Origin: Opitutia bacterium
GTDB taxonomy: Bacteria > Verrucomicrobiota > Verrucomicrobiia > Opitutales > Opitutaceae
Assembly: GCA_947478395.1 (NCBI GenBank)
Contig: CANJVR010000002.1
Location: forward strand, 832,568 to 896,567
DNA: 64,000 nucleotides
Direction of reading: 5' to 3'
Notes under the pieces: model-generated
Database searches by the model: none
What the model was told of the DNA's origin: nothing
The model's input: the letters and a program-made list of their open reading frames with translations, nothing else
Program-made: the position numbers and the translations under genes
Shown here: piece by piece, positions 60,930 to 64,000 of the stretch
Layout: the number at the start of each line of letters is the position of its first letter
Numbering within the stretch: position 1 is the stretch's first letter

Positions 60930-61750
60930 GCGGCACTCTCACTTCCAATCCGTCCGGCGGCTTCTGGCGGCAACGCGATCTATGGTGGCAATTCACCGTC
61001 CGCACCGTCGAGCAACGCCACCGGGGCAGCCATCTGGGCATTGTCTGGGCGGTGTTAAATCCCCTGTTGATGCTCGCGATTTATTTCGTGGTCTTCGGGA
61101 AAATTTTTGGCGGTAAACTCAGTCCCCGGCCCGACGAAACCTCGGTCGATTTCGCCCTCGCGATCTTTCTCGGCCTGACCCTTTTCCAACTGTTCGCGGA
61201 AACATTATCGGCCACGCCCGGGATCATCGTGAACAATCCCAACCTGGTTAAGAAGGTCGTTTTTCCACTAGAAATTCTGCCGCTCGCACACCTGGGCGCC
61301 TTTTGGTTTAACACGCTGATCAATTTGGGCCTCTTACTGCTCGGAGCCGTCTTTTTCGGCCACGGCGTGAGTATCGCCGGACTGGTCTGGCTGCCGGTGA
61401 TCCTCGCTCCGCTCGTGTTGCTTTCGATCGGCGCCGGCTGGCTGTTCGCGGCGCTGGGGGTGTTCTTCCGCGACATCAGCCAAGCGATGCCTTTTTTCAG
61501 CCAAATCCTGCTCTACTCGAGTCTGGTCTTTATCCCCCTCTCCAAAGTGCAAGCGTACCCCTGGCTCTACCTCATTTTGAAATGGAATCCCCTGCTGCAA
61601 ACGATCGCGCTAGCGCGGTCCGCGCTGCTTTGGGATTTGCCGGTCAGCCTCGATGCGCTGGCCTACACTTATGCCGCGGGCCTCGCGGCGTTCTTCTTCG
61701 GACGCTGGGCTTTTATGAAATTAAAGCCGTCGTTCGCCGACGTGCTCTGA
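60926..61750 (+). CDS. ABC-2 polysaccharide export permease (Wzm-like)
   Basis: [31 protein letters not shown]-terminal FADVL. Confidence 0.9.
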   Translation: MSGTLTSNPSGGFWRQRDLWWQFTVRTVEQRHRGSHLGIVWAVLNPLLMLAIYFVVFGKIFGGKLSPRPDETSVDFALAIFLGLTLFQLFAETLSATPGIIVNNPNLVKKVVFPLEILPLAHLGAFWFNTLINLGLLLLGAVFFGHGVSIAGLVWLPVILAPLVLLSIGAGWLFAALGVFFRDISQAMPFFSQILLYSSLVFIPLSKVQAYPWLYLILKWNPLLQTIALARSALLWDLPVSLDALAYTYAAGLAAFFFGRWAFMKLKPSFADVL

Positions 61751-61834
61751 GCGGGCTTCTAAAACGTAGGCGCGTTGGGGTGGAATTTTCGGGTCGGCTA
61801 TTTTGGAGTGCGGCCTCGCGTCGCCGCGCTCTAG

Positions 61835-61895
61835 GTAGCGGCAGGCGTCCCCGCCTGCCACGCCGGACCCGGCAGGCAGGGACGCCGGCCGCTAC
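61835..61895. repeat. GTAG-type REP inverted doublet
   Basis: GTAGCGGCAGGCGTCCCCGCCTGCC (61835-61859) matches the reverse complement of 61871-61895 at 23/25. Confidence 0.85.
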
Positions 61896-62140
61896 ACTAA
61901 CAAAACTGGCACGGCGAAGATTAAACCCTCCTAAACGCTCCCTGAGCCCGGCACCACCGCTCCCAATAGCAGATTTCGCCGCGTGAATTGTCTTTGATAC
62001 AAATGCCACCGCTCCACCGGTCGTTGTTCGCTGCTGCCGTCGGCAGCGTACCGTGATTTAGGGTTGCCGTTCGCCAGCGTGGGCGGCATCTCCCCTTTTT
62101 CCGCTCCGACTCACGGCGCATTTCATTTTTCCAAGACGTC

Positions 62141-63646
62141 ATGTTCAAAACCCTGATTGCCCGCCTCAAGCTCGTCGCGCTGCTCGGATTACCCGGTGCA
62201 CTGCTCACTTTTACGGCCTTCACCGCCGGCTGCAGCAAGCAGGTCGAATTGGTCGATGTCCAGGAGAAGGAAGCCCAGCTTCTATATGATCGCGCCGATC
62301 TCTACGTGCGCAAAATCGGCGAGGGCGAATACACTTACGACTACATCAATTTCCACTACAATCAGGCGCTCAAGAACGTCGACCGGATCCTCCTGGGCTA
62401 CCCCGATACCGCGGTCGGCCAGAAACTTCAGCGCGGCGAATTAAAACTGGGGAAATTCACGATCGACCATTTCCGCAACGCCGTGCTCGCCCAGCTCGGT
62501 GACATGAAAGAAGCGACGGAGAGCTTCGTGAACTGCGCGATTTACCTTCACAACCTGCCCGAGGCCGACCGCGCTGAATCGCGCGAAGCCCTCGGCCGGA
62601 TTCTCGAAACGCTGTGTATCATGGTGCGGTCCGACGAAGCGCAGATTTTCCCCACGCTGCCCGAAGACCGGATTTTCGCCCGGGAAACTATCATCCGCAC
62701 CGTTTCAGGCCACCTGCAGGACAGCGCGTCCCTGAGCCTGATCCAGAGCTCGGACGAGAGCGAACAGCCGCTGTACGCGGGCGCCTACCTCGAAGGCCTG
62801 ACGACCATCGGTTTGAAAATGGAAAACGTCGAGGATCTCATCGAGAGTTTTAAATCACCGACGCGGCTGCCGGAACTCGGCGCGTTGCGCGGCATGATCG
62901 CGCGCGAATCTCTAATCTACCGCGACCAATACGACAAAAATAAGAAAGAGCTCGAGCGCGCGTCCCGCCAGGCGGCCAAGGACGCCGGCAAGGAGCCGGA
63001 AGCACCGAAAGCCGCACCCGTTCGCTACGACATCGCCGCGTTCTACGCCGCGAAATTTGGCGCCAATCCGCTGCCGGCGGCCATCAGCGCCTTGGCCAGC
63101 TTCAAAGCACTGCAAGGTCAAATCGACGAAGCGCGGTCGCTCGTCGCCAAACTCGACGAGGACGCAAAGGTCGCGGTCATCGGCGCGTACTACGAACACC
63201 TCGGACTCGTCGGCCAGCTCACCGGCCAGGAAGATCTCCACCGCAAATTCGGTCTCAGTGCAGAGGGAGTCGCGCGAGGCCAACTCAAGCTCGTGGAATA
63301 CCTCGCGCAAAACGCAAAGTACGCCGCGGCCGACGCGCTGCAGGCTTCCGGCACTGCGGAGTTTCCTAAATTCCACGACAAGTACATTCGCGCGCGCTGG
63401 CGCGGCCGATTTTATTCGCGCGAGGAATTGTTCTACCTCGATGCGAAGACGATCCCGAATCTGGACATCAAAGACCCGGCCGTCTGCGCGCAGGTACTGC
63501 TCGATTGGGTGCTCGCCCCAAATCGCCTGCAACGCGTTCCTTCCTGGGGCGGCGACGCGATCATCTTCAAATATTTCTCGATGCAACGCGAAGATCGTCC
63601 GACGTCTCGGCAGCTGCTGAACAAGGATAAGAAAGCCGGCAGCTGA
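62141..63646 (+). CDS. Hypothetical lipoprotein, predicted mostly alpha-helical
   Basis: 501-aa ORF with host-like codon use; hydrophobic leader ending TAGC; no family recognised. Confidence 0.75.
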   Translation: MFKTLIARLKLVALLGLPGALLTFTAFTAGCSKQVELVDVQEKEAQLLYDRADLYVRKIGEGEYTYDYINFHYNQALKNVDRILLGYPDTAVGQKLQRGELKLGKFTIDHFRNAVLAQLGDMKEATESFVNCAIYLHNLPEADRAESREALGRILETLCIMVRSDEAQIFPTLPEDRIFARETIIRTVSGHLQDSASLSLIQSSDESEQPLYAGAYLEGLTTIGLKMENVEDLIESFKSPTRLPELGALRGMIARESLIYRDQYDKNKKELERASRQAAKDAGKEPEAPKAAPVRYDIAAFYAAKFGANPLPAAISALASFKALQGQIDEARSLVAKLDEDAKVAVIGAYYEHLGLVGQLTGQEDLHRKFGLSAEGVARGQLKLVEYLAQNAKYAAADALQASGTAEFPKFHDKYIRARWRGRFYSREELFYLDAKTIPNLDIKDPAVCAQVLLDWVLAPNRLQRVPSWGGDAIIFKYFSMQREDRPTSRQLLNKDKKAGS

Positions 63647-63708
63647 GGCGCACCATGCCGTCGACGGATTTCAATCTGGCCGGCGGGCGAAACCTAAGAG
63701 CACGTCGA

Positions 63709-63803
63709 AAGGTAGGGCGCGTTATCCTTAACGCGCCGGTTCGCCGCCGTTCGTTCTGTGAGCAGAGCCGCCACGGCGGGTTAGGGATAACCCGCCCTAC
63801 CTT
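63709..63803. repeat. GTAG-type REP inverted doublet (REPIN-like)
   Basis: aaggtagggcgcgttatccttaacgcgccg (63709-63738) matches the reverse complement of 63774-63803 at 27/30; each arm is itself a 9-bp hairpin. Confidence 0.88.
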
Positions 63804-63839
63804 CGGAAAATCGCTCTCACCGAGAAATTCCTGCCCCGC

Positions 63840-64000
63840 ATGACCATCTTCGACCATACGAGCAACGCGGCGCCGGGGATCATCTTCAACACGTACTGGT
63901 TCATCGCGTTCGCGCTGATCGTGGTGCCGGTGTACTGGCTGCTGCGGAAGAGTGCTCTGCGTCTGCCGTTTCTGGCGCTGGCCTGCGTCACGTTTCACTA
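63840..64000 (+). CDS. MBOAT-family O-acyltransferase (AlgI/DltB-like), N-terminus only
   Basis: Translated by hand: MTIFDHTSNAAPGIIFNTYWFIAFALIVVPVYWLLRKSALRLPFLALACVTFH..., matching the F-N-x-x-x-F...YW start of AlgI-type proteins; runs off the window. Confidence 0.65.
   Translation, partial: MTIFDHTSNAAPGIIFNTYWFIAFALIVVPVYWLLRKSALRLPFLALACVTFH

Overview
A GC-rich (roughly 60-65% by eye) bacterial chromosomal segment. Protein style and gene order suggest Verrucomicrobiota, probably Opitutaceae (inferred, not searched). It is mostly core genome: two RND efflux operons, tRNA-Tyr, a serA-plsY-hom-lysC-thrC-cimA amino-acid cluster, sodA, a dGTPase, ogt, cdd, hisS, HU, menG, an IscA/ErpA carrier, rpoN, tsaD, ctpA, rpmB, fabF-acpP-fabG, folD, proC, hldD, a complete alternative complex III (ACIII, actA-G) operon, a TolC/MFP/ABC exporter and the start of a polysaccharide region. 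No integrase, transposase, prophage or CRISPR array was seen. Two features stand out. (1) The ACIII operon continues into a full-length cbb3-oxidase subunit I (CcoN) homologue that has lost five of six metal-ligating histidines and the cross-link tyrosine, followed by a CcoO-like cytochrome with a Met-to-His axial change and a third cytochrome c: a candidate catalytically dead oxidase scaffold or electron-relay module. (2) A four-helix-bundle gene sits between lysC and thrC, bracketed by inverted arrays of 7-nt repeats that could pair into a ~30-bp RNA stem, and similar gene-less heptamer arrays occur in two other operon spacers. Also noted: a Ser/Thr kinase with an in-frame deletion of its catalytic core, a receiver domain with Asp-to-Glu at the phospho-acceptor site, a Tat-signal-like micro-ORF leading the ACIII operon, several GTAG-type REP doublets, and a recurrent CTTGC promoter-like motif.
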